DNA of 64,000 bases from the human T2T-CHM13v2.0 reference genome, Homo sapiens: the NCBI RefSeq assembly GCF_009914755.1, contig NC_060936.1. The stretch is one strand, 5' to 3'. The position numbers and the translations under genes were made by a program. Below the pieces are notes generated by a model. The model saw only the letters and a program-made list of their open reading frames with translations. It made no database searches and was not told where the DNA came from. Each line of letters opens with the position of its first letter. Position 1 is the stretch's first letter. Positions 32,481-47,140 of this stretch are shown in pieces.

Positions 32481-33484
32481 CGCCTCTCTGAACCTGTTTC
32501 CCCAGGTGTAAATGGGGGGCTCTCAGCTGTCCCTTACAAAGGATACTGTGCGTGGAGTCCTGGCATGGTTCCTGGCACATAGGCCCCAGCACGAGGAGAC
32601 CGTTTCTGTTACTGCTTTAGGAGTGCATAGGGGAGTCAGGCTTGTAACCAACATGCGTAATGTTTTTGTTTTGTTTGGGGGGTTTTTTGGCGGGGAAGGA
32701 GGGATAGATTCATAGTCTGCAGCCCCTTGCTGTCTGGTGGCACAAAGTCCCCCAGACGTGAGACTCCCACTCGAGAAACAACTAAAGAATGCCATAAATC
32801 AACGTGGCACAAAAGGCCCCTACATTAGATACTATCCTGAGGTCCCTTTTACTTGGAGTCAAAATCCTTAGTCAGATGGGGGGAAAAGGGGACTGGAAGA
32901 TCGGCGTGCTTACTACTAACCAGTAACCAAACCTCAAGGTTATTAAGGCCTTCTGTGTGCCAGTTCGAATGGATGTTTATTGTGATCTGGCTTCTGCCCT
33001 TTCTCCAAGGGCTTCTTCACTCCTCCCCCTCCCGGGGGTGTGTTTTGTTGAGGGTACACCCTGAAGAAACTTGGACTAGCAGCCTTTCAGCAGCCAGGGT
33101 GCGCTGCTGCACCAGGGTGATGACAGGCTGTGAAATACGGTAATGGCACTGTTTTTATTTTAAAAGACACATAAACGTACACATTCCATAGCATTGTTCC
33201 CTGTGTAACAGTCACCTTAAGGCTTCTAAGAAAGCTTTCCCTCCCTGGGCCATGGTTATTTTTAGAATTTTTAAATAGTAATCATCCTTTGAGGATGGAT
33301 TTTATTTGAAAATAACAAAACTGCTGTTTGAGCCCAAGTCTGGTGATGTAGGTGGGTGAAAGTCAAGTATTTTTGTAAAAATCCTATGGAACTAAGACAT
33401 GATTTCACTGATTTTTTTTTCTTCTAGGTATCTCAAATCTGTGAAGTATTGTAGAGGAGACACAAAAGGAATTGGGGGTCACAA

Positions 33485-33523
33485 ATGGTTCTCATTGACA
33501 TGAGTGTAGACCTTTCTACTCAG
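33485..33523 (+). CDS. ISCU: ISCU alternative exon (33428-33523), coding part of the cytosolic isoform ISCU1 N-terminus MVLIDMSVDLSTQ
   Basis: Polypyrimidine tract + TAG acceptor ending 33427, ATG at 33485, CAG|GTGAAA donor, in frame with exon 2; peptide matches the known ISCU1 N-terminus. Confidence 0.88.
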
Positions 33524-33646
33524 GTGAAATTTGGTATTTAGTGATTGCCTGCCAGGTTCAAGATGCTGACCGAGGAGCTTACCATCAAACCAGAGACCAG
33601 TACCAATAGAGAGTGAACATGATTTATCTTAACCCTCTCATTTTAG

Positions 33647-33760
33647 GTTGTTGATCATTATGAAAATCCTAGAAACGTGGGGTCCCTTGACAAGACATCT
33701 AAAAATGTTGGAACTGGACTGGTGGGGGCTCCAGCATGTGGTGACGTAATGAAATTACAG
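33647..33760 (+). CDS. ISCU: ISCU exon 2 (VVDHYENPRNVGSLDKTSKNVGTGLVGAPACGDVMKLQ; first conserved Cys, C69)
   Basis: TTTTAG acceptor, GTATGG donor, 114 nt; IscU/NifU_N PACGD motif. Confidence 0.98.
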
Positions 33761-34688
33761 GTATGGCTAGTCTTTTTTAATAGTGATAACAATAATCCCT
33801 TTAAGTTTACAAAGCACTTGCGCATTTCACTTGGTCTCCATCTTTATTCCTGTGAGATCTCCAAGCATTTCACTTGGTCTCCATTCCTGTGAGATGGGAT
33901 GAGTCCATGTTAGATATGACTGGAGCAGGGCCTCAATCGTAGCTCTCCTGCTAGGCTAGTGTACTATGCCAACTTTTTCCAAAATAGAAAAGTAATCTCA
34001 TTTTTGTACTCACTGTATCAGTTTAAATTCCGACTTCAGCCAACTAAAGAGTTTTGTGAATTTTACTGATCAAAGGAAAATCCCAGTGAGCTAGCAGTCC
34101 CCAATGAAACAAGAAACACAGTAAATTAAACCTGTCCCCAGATTGGGGGAAACATGAAAATAGTGTCTAGTGCTTTGGGTAAACTGTAGTTGTAGCACCA
34201 ATCTGCTGCTTCATGGTGAGTGGGCAGCTTGCCAGAGGTCTTCATACCTATCTTGGAATACAGAAACAAAACAGGAGGAAACCACTAAGTGTAATCTGCT
34301 GCCCAAGAAAAAAGTATTAACCAGAGACCTTTATTGTGGACTCTGTCAGTGTTTAAAGAGGCCAGATTGCCCCAGCAGCTGTGAGCAGACTTCCACAAAT
34401 AGAAGTTCATAGCCAAAATGCAGGCCAGAGTCACAAAACAAAAGAATATTGGAGTGGAGGGACATATTTTTCAGCTGATCTTTGTCAGTTGGGCCTGGAT
34501 AGTTGTCCCTGCATTTCACTTTTCATCACTGAGCTCTTTGAAACAAGGCAAAGTCAGTAATTAATGCCATCACTTAGTGTGGAAAGCAAGCCCAAAGCCC
34601 TTGGGGAAGGCCCTGGTGAACCTTCGTGAGTGCCAGGTTCCAGAGGGTGGTCCCAGGACTCACCACTTAACTCTTGTCTCTTTTCTAG

Positions 34689-34799
34689 ATTCAAGTGGAT
34701 GAAAAGGGGAAGATTGTGGATGCTAGGTTTAAAACATTTGGCTGTGGTTCCGCAATTGCCTCCAGCTCATTAGCCACTGAATGGGTGAAAGGAAAGACG
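34689..34799 (+). CDS. ISCU: ISCU exon 3 ([37 protein letters not shown]; C95)
   Basis: TCTAG acceptor, GTAAGG donor, 111 nt; FGCGSAIAS motif. Confidence 0.98.
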
Positions 34800-36557
34800 G
34801 TAAGGTGGCTCACAAATCTAATGGGTCAAAAACAAGTAACCATGACTTTTTTTTAATATTCTAAATTTTTAAAATTTCTCCTATGCAGATGTTGATTATA
34901 TTATCATTTCTTCAAATTGGGAATTATGGATCATTCTACTAGGTGTTGTTTGGGTTTTTTTCTTGTTGATCATTTTTATTTTTTTGTTTGTTTGGGTGTT
35001 AATTACATATAAAAAAGATCCTCACCTGTCCCTCTAACAAAATAGAATTTAAAAGAAATCTTTGGCTTTCTCTAAGGTTACCAGTGCTCTTATAATTTCT
35101 CAAGTCAGAGAGTTGTTATAAGGTAGTTATTTTCTTGTTTATTTCCTCTCATGTTTCAGGAAGGGTTCTAGGTGGCTTTCAAGAATTGGTGAAATAAACT
35201 AGCCTGTGTTAAAAGAGGGATTAAATAATCAAAAAGACAGCAAGGGTGGGGGCAAAGTGAACAACGAAATCAGAACAGTGATCCAGGTGGCTGATCGCAA
35301 GCCCTCTAAAGGCAGAGATAATAAAGAGCTAGAACTTCTTTTTCATCCCTTTGTCTCCCAAGTGTCTTTCCCTGGTAGCTGCAGAGGTCAAAGGTCCCAA
35401 ACACAGTGAAGAGCTGGACTTTCTAAAATCCAGTTGCTGTCAAAACCTCTCAGAAAAGCCAACCAGCAAGGCACTCATCTTTGCTGCCCCAAGGGACCAG
35501 GTTCAGGGAGCTGAGTCACAGAGGAGCATGCTTGGAAGCTGGCCAGCTCCACAGCAGAGCAGTTTGCCAGGCCACGTGCCACCTGCTTCCTGTGGCTCAC
35601 GGCCTTCTGGCTGGCAAGCCCCTGTGGGCCAGGAAGCTCAGACCTAACCTGCTGTGGCAGGAGGTAGCTCTGAAGTGATTTGTCAGGAACTGTCCTCAGG
35701 TGAAGGGAGAAATGAGACAAGGCACTTTTGCTCCCAGAACCTGGCCCTTAGGGGACTGTGAATTGTGATCAGAAAATGGGAGAGAGGACATTTCTTTAAC
35801 CTTGAGATCTCCCATCTGAGTTTCAGGAGCAGAACCTGAATCAACCAAGAAGGGTTAGCAGAATTGGGAAACTGAATGATAGACATAGTCAAAGAGTCTG
35901 GCTGTTGGGAAATCTGGTTTTCTGTAAGGCAGTGGGGCACTGTTCTACATGGGCAAGGATCTGCCTGCCTCACATTATCCCCCAGGGCTGTCAACCAGAC
36001 CCCAGGCATCCTCTTTAGTTGATCTGGAGGAGATGCTCCTATAGGCAAAGGGGACACCAAAGAGAGCATTCGGCCTGACTCGGCTGTGCCACTGCCACTG
36101 TGCTACTTACCTGAAATCTTCCCAACCTCTCTGATGCCATTCGGCACTTCTAGTCAAAAGGATTTAGGCTAACATTTCGTATGAGGACATCGGAGAAGCT
36201 GATATTCACAAAACCAGCATAGGAAATCACTACCTTTTAAGGAAGAGATTCCTGTTACAGGCCACAAGCAGATCCCTAAGAGACTTCTCACAGGTTCCAC
36301 TCCTGACTTAGAGAAGTGTCTGGGCTGTCTTTGCTTACCCAAGCCAGGCAGTGCAGCTGTGTATACTTCGTGCTTGAGAATCCCAGCTGCAGCTTTGATA
36401 AAGTGGGAGTCCTGAGAAGACCCTTAGCCGTTTGAGTTATTAAACAGAAATCATCCCCACCAACCCTGAGAGCCTCTTTGGCCTCCCTTTTTTATTGTCT
36501 GGCCCTCACAAGATAAAGTGTTGCTAAAACTGCCCATCTTTCCATTATGCCTCTCAG

Positions 36558-36636
36558 GTGGAGGAAGCCTTGACTATCAAAAACACAGATATCGCCAAGG
36601 AGCTCTGCCTTCCTCCCGTGAAACTGCACTGCTCCA
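36558..36636 (+). CDS. ISCU: ISCU exon 4 (VEEALTIKNTDIAKELCLPPVKLHCS; LPPVK Hsp70-binding motif, H137/C138)
   Basis: CTCAG acceptor, GTAAGT donor, 79 nt. Confidence 0.98.
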
Positions 36637-36834
36637 GTAAGTCTCTGCTCTCCATACCAGTCAGCTGGGACATTTGGCAGTAATTTCAACTTGGTTTGCA
36701 ACAGTCCTTTTAGATCATGGAGCCCACGTTTGTAACCCTCAGAATTAGAGCTCATGAGTCTGTCCTTATAACCTGCAGAGGGTTAGAGCCCCCATGGTCT
36801 CACATTCATCCCTAAGAGAATCATGCCAGAAGGA

Positions 36835-37040
36835 GGTATGCACCAGCCATCATACTGAGCACTTCATGGGCGTAATTTCTAAACTTCACAAATATCCTTG
36901 AGTGCACAGTAGATGTCATTACTTCCCTCTTATGGATGAGGAAGCCAAGGCTTGGGTTGAGACGCCCACATCACGTGGCTAATAAGTGGAAGAGCCAGAA
37001 TTTAAGCTCCAATCTTTGATTTCAGAATCTGTGCTGTTTC
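36835..37040. mobile_element. MIR SINE overlapping the ISCU pseudoexon acceptor
   Basis: GATGAGGAAGCCAAGGC...TCACGTGGCTAATAAGTGGAAGAGCCAGAATTTAA aligns by eye to the MIR core. Confidence 0.7.
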
Positions 37041-37125
37041 CAGCAGAGGAGAAAACTCAGCTTTCGCCATAATCCTGTTTCCTGTGTATTTCTTCACTTC
37101 CTGTCTGGATGGTATTCCTGTCGGG
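37026..37125 (+). other. ISCU: Latent ISCU intron-4 pseudoexon (86-nt form ends 37111, 100-nt form ends 37125), activated by c.418+382G>C in hereditary myopathy with lactic acidosis; normal G present at 37018
   Basis: 36636+382 = 37018 is the G in TCTTTGATTTCAG; donors GTATTC (37112) and GTCTGC (37126); encodes KSVLFPAEEKTQLSP*. Confidence 0.9.
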
Positions 37126-38198
37126 GTCTGCATCTGTATATATGGAACAACTAAGCCCAGTTGTACAATGTCCCCCTCCCTGCTATCCTAAAAAAAAGCC
37201 CAGATGCCTTAAGACTTGTACTTGGCTTTCCAGTTTGGTCTCTGTATTAAATCTAATGCTTTTTCCATCATTTCTTAACCTTCTCAGGGAAAGAAGGAAT
37301 GAGAAACATTAGCCTTAATGCATCGATGGAGGTTTACTAACCAAATTAGTTAAAAATCAGCAGAGAGTCAGGCCTCTTGCCAAGGTAATACTCACAGCAG
37401 AAGAGCCAGGTGCCGGGGCAGACACACTAACTCATTCTTCAGGAAGCCTGGTCAGACCTAAGTTCTTTCCACTTGATCTGGAATTTTAAGTACCCATAAA
37501 GAAAGGTCATCACTTGTAAACATTTTCACATGGTTTCAGGAAATCCCCAGCCCTTTTATTAGGCCTTTTTAGGTACTGAAACCTTTAGCTGATGTTCTCT
37601 GTTATTTGCTTGCTTTCTGCTGTCATTCCAGCTCTCTCAGTTTTTATTTTCCCCATAGCCTCACTTTGAATATTGACTCCTAAATAAAAGTGGTCAAACT
37701 CTCGATCACTAGAGGGTGATGTGGCAAATGCCATCCCATCAACAGATTGACATGATCTTTTTTCCAAAGGGCATGTCAACTTTTTTATCATGACAAGATT
37801 TTGTCCAAAGCTAGACTTTGATGGGAGCAGGCAAGAAGTAACATTTCCTGTGTCCCTACTATGTGTCAGACATCTTCTGTAAGTCCCCACACTATCCTGG
37901 CAAGAAAAGCATGATTATCCCAGTTCTATAGAAGAGAAAGTAGGGTCAAAGAGGCTAAGAAACTAGCCTGGGATCACAGATTTTTAACCGTAGTCTGTCT
38001 CCAGGATCACCCGCAGGAGTAACTCAGCTCAGGAAGCAGCTGCTGACGTGCCCAGCAACTCCTCACCCCAGCTTTCTGGCTTGGTTACTCCATTAGTCCC
38101 CACCAGCACCACTTCCTCCCAGCTCTTAAAGATTCTATTCCCAAGTCCATTTCTTTCACATCTAGAAACTTAGGCTTCTTTCCTTCCGTTACTTCCAG

Positions 38199-38284
38199 TG
38201 CTGGCTGAAGATGCAATCAAGGCCGCCCTGGCTGATTACAAATTGAAACAAGAACCCAAAAAAGGAGAGGCAGAGAAGAAATGA
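38199..38284 (+). CDS. ISCU: ISCU last coding exon (MLAEDAIKAALADYKLKQEPKKGEAEKK*); full CDS 504 nt / 167 aa
   Basis: TCCAG acceptor; TGA at 38282-38284; exon lengths 114+114+111+79+86 = 504. Confidence 0.98.
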
Positions 38285-38394
38285 GCCCTCCCTCGGCGAA
38301 GCCTCCAGCAGGCCACACCAGCTGTTTCCCACCTGCTGTGCAGTCACCTTAGATGTTCAGAAGCCGCTTCCTCTCCACTGAAGAGCTATGAGAT

Positions 38395-38402
38395 ACGCAC
38401 AA
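38395..38402 (+). promoter_or_regulatory. miR-210-3p 8mer target site in the ISCU 3'UTR
   Basis: ACGCACAA is the complement of seed UGUGCGU plus A1; ISCU is an established hypoxic miR-210 target. Confidence 0.9.
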
Positions 38403-38717
38403 TACTTGCTGTTCACGTTATGACTCTCATGCAAGCAAAATACACAGTTTCATTGTTCTGAATCCTGTGGTTTCTTTCAGCCCACTTTTATCGCCTTAAC
38501 CTAGTTAATGTATATTTTGAATTGTGTGTATGACCTCAGAACTGAAATTGATAATGAAGTTGCAAGTTTTGATAGCCCGTGAAGTGCATAAGTATCTAAT
38601 TTTACCTGAATTGATTTGGGGGGAAATTACCAGTAGAATGCCTTGGTCTGAATATTTGATAGAACCAATTGTTGTACATAAAACAGATCTGCGCATATAT
38701 ATATATGTATAAAAAAT

Positions 38718-38723
38718 AATAAA
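38718..38723 (+). terminator. ISCU polyadenylation signal AATAAA
   Basis: Canonical hexamer ~430 nt after the stop, with upstream TGTA motifs and downstream GT/T-rich sequence. Confidence 0.75.
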
Positions 38724-39295
38724 ATAATGGAAGATGATGGTGTTCTCTAGTAAGCCTTGTCTCTTGGGCCCATCATTCACCCTGAAGTGGTGCCCAAAGC
38801 CCCTTGGGGTTCCCAGAGGTTGGACCGCAGTGACATACACAGCTCTCCAAGCAAACAAGGACAAATATACGTAATATTTTTTGGAACAAGGATGAAAGGA
38901 GATGATTATCGCTTGTCATTGTTCTTTGTGTGATAGTAGTTGAAAGCTCAAAGTAAGTCTTGAAGATTCTTTCTGTAATTTCACTGGTTGCTCAAATCTA
39001 AAAAGCATTAGCTTGGCACCCTAAAGCGGTAGACCAGATACATGAAGAGCACCTCGGGAATGAGTTTAAAATGCGGATTTCTAGGCCCAAGTTTCTGACT
39101 TCTGTCTGGGCAGGTAATTCCAGAGCCCCTGACTTTTAAGAACCTCTTGGGTTTTTTGTGGTCGTAGATGAGCCAAACTTTAGGGAAGAAACTTCTGAAT
39201 GCTGTGTTCTGCATAGATGTAGTATCTTAAGTGGTTCATTCTGAACTATCTGTACCTGCATAGTACACCTAAGGTTGTTTAAAAAGCATTCATCC

Positions 39296-39592
39296 AGCCG
39301 GGCGCAGTGGCTCACACCTGTAATCCCAGCACTTTGGGAGGCCAAGGCGGGTGGATCACGAGGTCAAGAGTTCAAGACCAGCCTGGCCAAGGTAGTGAAA
39401 CCCCATCTCTACTAAAATTACAAAAATTAGCCAGGCATGGCGGCACGCACCTGTAATCCCAGCTGCTCGGGAGGCTGAGGCAGGAGAATCACTTGACCTG
39501 GGAAGTGGAGGTAGCAGTGAGCCAAGATCACACCAGTGCACTCCAGCCTGGGAGACAGAGCAAGACTCCGTCTCAAAGCCAAACAAACAAAC
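39296..39592 (+). mobile_element. Alu (S-type)
   Basis: Alu dimer; TSD CATTCATCC. Confidence 0.93.
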
Positions 39593-41753
39593 ATTCATCC
39601 CTGGCTTGGGCATAAGTCTAAGCACGGGCCCTCCTACCCTGATGTCTTCCTATTTTTAGCTACCCATAGTCATGCAAATCTCAATAAAGGATGCCCTATC
39701 TTCTAGTGAAAATGGGTTATTGAAATATTGACTGCCATAGTCTCAAATGTTCAGCTTCAAAAGTAAGATGTGTTTGTTTTTTCTGGTGGTGGTTTTTTTG
39801 TTCAGGTATAGGCTGGCTGCCTCTTAAATATACCTCCCTTGTTTTTTTTGTTGTTTTTTGTTTTTTTGTTTTAATGCTCTGGGTTCTGGTGGAGGGCACA
39901 GAACTTCAAAGACTGTTCCTTCTGTAGTCTGTGAAGGCAGCCACAGACCAGGGCCTTTATAGGAATCTCAAATTAGAACCCTGGGTAGAACCATGTAAAA
40001 TTGTCCTGTGTGGCATGTTCTGCAATTTAATTCACAGTCCCTCTAGACTGAGCTTGTCTCTCCCTCCTTTATTACATGTGGCACCACCACAATTCCCCAC
40101 CACTTTTCTTTGTGATTTTTTTAATTTAAATGAGACATTTCTGTCCCAGTGAACATCCTCAGAGTTGAACATCAGGAGGAGCTTATAAACAAAGCAATAT
40201 TCCCAGAAGAGCCCAAGTCTCTAAACATGGTTGTACTGCTAAAACAAATGGATATTTTTTAAATTCGCATTAAAGACACTCTTTCCCCAAACAAATCTAG
40301 TTTGAGCCACATGAGGGCATCATGTGCCCTTCAGTGAACTCAAGTCTAGGGGTTTTTGCAGCCTCCAAATAGGTCTTAGCATCTCTAAATAAACCTGTCC
40401 ATGGAAAACCTCCACAGATAAGTTAAAATGGTCTGTCAAGCACCTGTGCTCTGTTCCAGGCCCTTACATCTGTAATCCTGTTAATTCTCATGACAGCTGC
40501 CTGCAGTGGGCATTGATTCAAACAAGGACACTGGCTCAAGAAGCCAACTGACCCTCAGGCCAACTGGCTTGATCTGAGTGACCCAAAGCCCATTCTTCTG
40601 CCTCACCCCTCCTGGCAGAACACACCAGGGATTCAAACTGCACATCAGAGGCTCACCTGTGCCTTGAACATTCAATGAAGAAGCTGAACCAACACAGGTT
40701 GAGCCTGATGCATTCTCTTGGCCAACTGGCTGCCAAGCACCATGGCCCTCACGCCAACCCTGGCTCCCACCAGGAGCCTAATTAAATCCTGATGCCAAGT
40801 TAAATCCAATGCTCTGGAGGTGGGGCCTGGGCACTGGCATCACCTGATGGGCTGGGTGGGTTTATGGGCAGATGGATGGATGGGGAAGCAGAGGCTCCGA
40901 GAGGTGAAATGACTTGCCTCAAGGCACACAGCTAGGAAGTGGTAGAATTGAGCTCTGGCTGAGGTCTTCTGCCCACCTCCCACCCTCTCCTGAGTGCCAC
41001 ACTACAGCTATGACCACATCTCGGATGTAACCTTTCCTAAGTGTGATTCCTGGACCAGGGCCACCCGGGACCACATCCAAATGCACAGTTCTAGAACCTC
41101 ACATTAAGCATTGTCTTGTAAAAACTACTTGGCCCTAGGATGAATTTTCTTAAAAAGACAAACAAATGAGGCACACTTCTCGATACTTCAGGCCCTTTGA
41201 ACTTGAGGCAAGAGTGCAGACCTTGTGTCTATCTTCACGACAGAAGAGAAGACTTCTAGGTCCCACCAAGTTTTGGTGGTGTTAGAGGGCCCCTACAGAT
41301 GAGTTCCAGCCCCAACCAAAGATGGACGTGGAGCACATCCCCTGCCAATGGCTCTTGGAGGCCTGTCTGCTTGCTTTCCCCACCCCCCGAGATGACATCA
41401 GCCAGCCCCTCAAAAGGCCACCTCCCCAGAGAAGATCATCTCCACCCAGGGAGCAAGCAGCAGGGCAGAGTGGAGTGAGCTTGGAGTGTTGAATCAAATG
41501 CTGGCTACCGCTGTGTGACCCTGAGCGAAAGGCTCAACCTCCCCAAGCCTCAGTTTATTCATCTGCAAAATGGGAAAGATAATAGTACCTACCTGATCAG
41601 GTAGACCTGACGATTAAATGAGATAATACATGGAAAGCACATGGCACACAGGTTCACTGTTGGCCAGGTACAGTGGCCCATGCCTATAACCCCAGCACTT
41701 TAGGAGGCCAAGGCAGGAGGATTGCTTGAGCCCAGCAGTTAGAGACCAGCCTG

Positions 41754-42350
41754 TGAGGCAGGAGAGGTAGTCAAGGAAGTGACCATGTCCTCGAGATGCA
41801 GCATCCGTGATGACTGTACAGTCAACACAATAAGCCTCAGCATTCACATTGTAATTGAGCAAAGCTCAAGCAAAGCTATCTTCAGTAGGGACTTTCCCCT
41901 CTAGAGAGTGTGCGCACTTTGATTTAGCTGTCCTCAAACTGACCCTTTGCTCATTAAAAGAGTAAAAAACACACCCCTAGGTGGAGATTTAAGATGCGAA
42001 TGAGACATGCAATGTATGAACAAGCACGTACAGCTACTGTGCGTGGGCACCGAAAGGACCACCCAGAACATGCTTACTAGTAACACCTCTCTCAACCCCT
42101 TATGAATAATGATGTAAAACCCCCACAAAGGGAGTCTCCCAGCAATAATCAATGCTGTCCTTAAGAGCAGCCTGCCCTAAATCCTGTCTATCTCAGGGTG
42201 TCCTGTCCTTTCTGTACCTAACTTTCAAAATGTTCTTTTTCCTCTGCAATAAATTACTCTATGCTGCACCTCCCCTTTGCTGTGTGTCTCTTGTCTATAT
42301 TCTTTTAAACTAAGAAGGCAAGAACTGAGATCTTGCAACAATTGTCAATA
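41754..42350 (+). mobile_element. ERV1-type solo LTR (subfamily uncertain) inserted inside an Alu (~41662-41753 and ~42351-42595)
   Basis: TG start, AATAAA at 42248, 4-bp flanks CCTG/CTTG; the Alu resumes exactly at GACCAGCCTG|GGCAA. Confidence 0.8.
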
Positions 42351-42933
42351 CTTGGGCAAGATGGCAAGACCCCATCTCTACAAAAAATAAAAAAACTAGC
42401 TGGCTGTGGTGTCGTGCACCTGTCGTGCACACTACAGTATCATGCACCTGTAGTCTCTGCTACTTGGGATACTGAGGTGGGAGGATCCCTTGAGCCCAGG
42501 AGTTCAAGGATGCAGTGAGCTGTGATGGCACCACTGTCCTCTAACCTGGGTGAGAGAGTGAGACCCTGTCTCTTAAAAAAAAAAAAAAAAAAAGGAAGGA
42601 GAAGAAGAAAGAAAGAAAAAGGAAAAAAAAATAGTTCATTGCTGTTATGGTGGTTCTCATTATTACAGGTAACACTTCAGCCCTGACTACATACTAGGCA
42701 CTGTTGCTGGGTGTTTTATATAGATCAGCTCATTTGCCTCACAAAAATCCTAAAGTACTATCAATATCCCATTTTACAGATAGAGAAACTAAAAGGTAAA
42801 ATGATGTGTCAGCAAATGGTAAGATCAAGATTCTAGCTCAGAGCTGTTTGATCTAGAGCCCAAGCCCCTGCATGCTATGACTGTACTTTCTCTACTGCTA
42901 TTTTCACTATTACTATTTGCATTGGTATTATTA

Positions 42934-46053
<3,120 letters not shown>

Positions 46054-46893
46054 CAGATTACCATGACTAATACTAACTATTGGTCCTATTACTACTATTG
46101 TTGCTACTGCTACTATGAACTATTTTTAAAATATGATCACCTCAAGGCTTCCAAGCTCTGGTGTCTTTGGCATAGAACCAACCCTCACAGTCCAGCCTCC
46201 AACATTCTGCAAAGCTGTGGCCTGTCTGCATCCATGCAGGAGACACCCTGACGTGATTTCTGTCACACATGGCTTGACAGGCAAGCTCATCCCACAGCGA
46301 GTGGCCAACCACGGGCCACAGCTATTCCCCACACCCATTCTCTAATACCACCACCCCGCCCAGCTATCTTTGGAAATGTCACATTAGACACTCCAGCCCA
46401 TGGCCTCACCTCAAAGAAACCCAACTCCCAGAATAACTCCAAAAGGCTCCCCAGGTGAGAACAACTTTATTATCCTGGAGCTGCTGGTGCAAAGGGACTT
46501 CCAGGGGCCTCCCATCCTGCCCCCAGGACCTCAGTCCTATCCGTCAAAGGAAGCCCCAGTGGGGAAATGGGGCTGGATTCCCTTCTGCCCCAAACCTCCT
46601 CAATAGGCAGCCCTATGTCACTGGCCCCTTTGTGGGCAAGACCACAGGACATTAGGGAACGACTTTGGGCAAGGTCTTGGGGGCTCAGGTTCTGATCCCA
46701 GCTCTGCTGTGATCTCTCCATGTGACCTTACGCAAGTACTTAAGCTCTCTGAGCTTTGGTTTTTCTTTCTGAAAAAACAGGAGACAACTAGCTCCTAAGT
46801 CACGGATTATTGCGAGGATTAAATAAATTATCCCATGTAAAGTGAAAAAAGCACAGTTCCAGGCATGTAGTAGGTGTTCAATAAATGTTGGCT

Positions 46894-47096
46894 ATCATCA
46901 CCATCCTCACCATCACCATCACCACCACCACCATTACCTTCATCATCACCATCCTCACCATCACCATCACCACCATTACCATCATCATCACCATCCTCAC
47001 CATCACCACCACCACCATTACCATCATCATCACCATCCTCACCATCACCACCACCATTACCATCATCATCACCATCACCATCATCATCATCACCAT
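46894..47096. repeat. (CAC/CAT)n tract 1 with ~30-39 bp higher-order units, at the tail of a MIR
   Basis: Repeated CATCATCACCATCCTCACCATCACC..CCATTAC units. Confidence 0.95.
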
Positions 47097-47140
47097 AAAA
47101 AATCATCAGCTCTGCTGTAGTTGTTATTGCTACCAATCCC

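Noticed and set aside
38285-38740. Iron-responsive element in ISCU UTRs
   Set aside because: No CAGUGN loop on a stem with the bulged C was found by eye.
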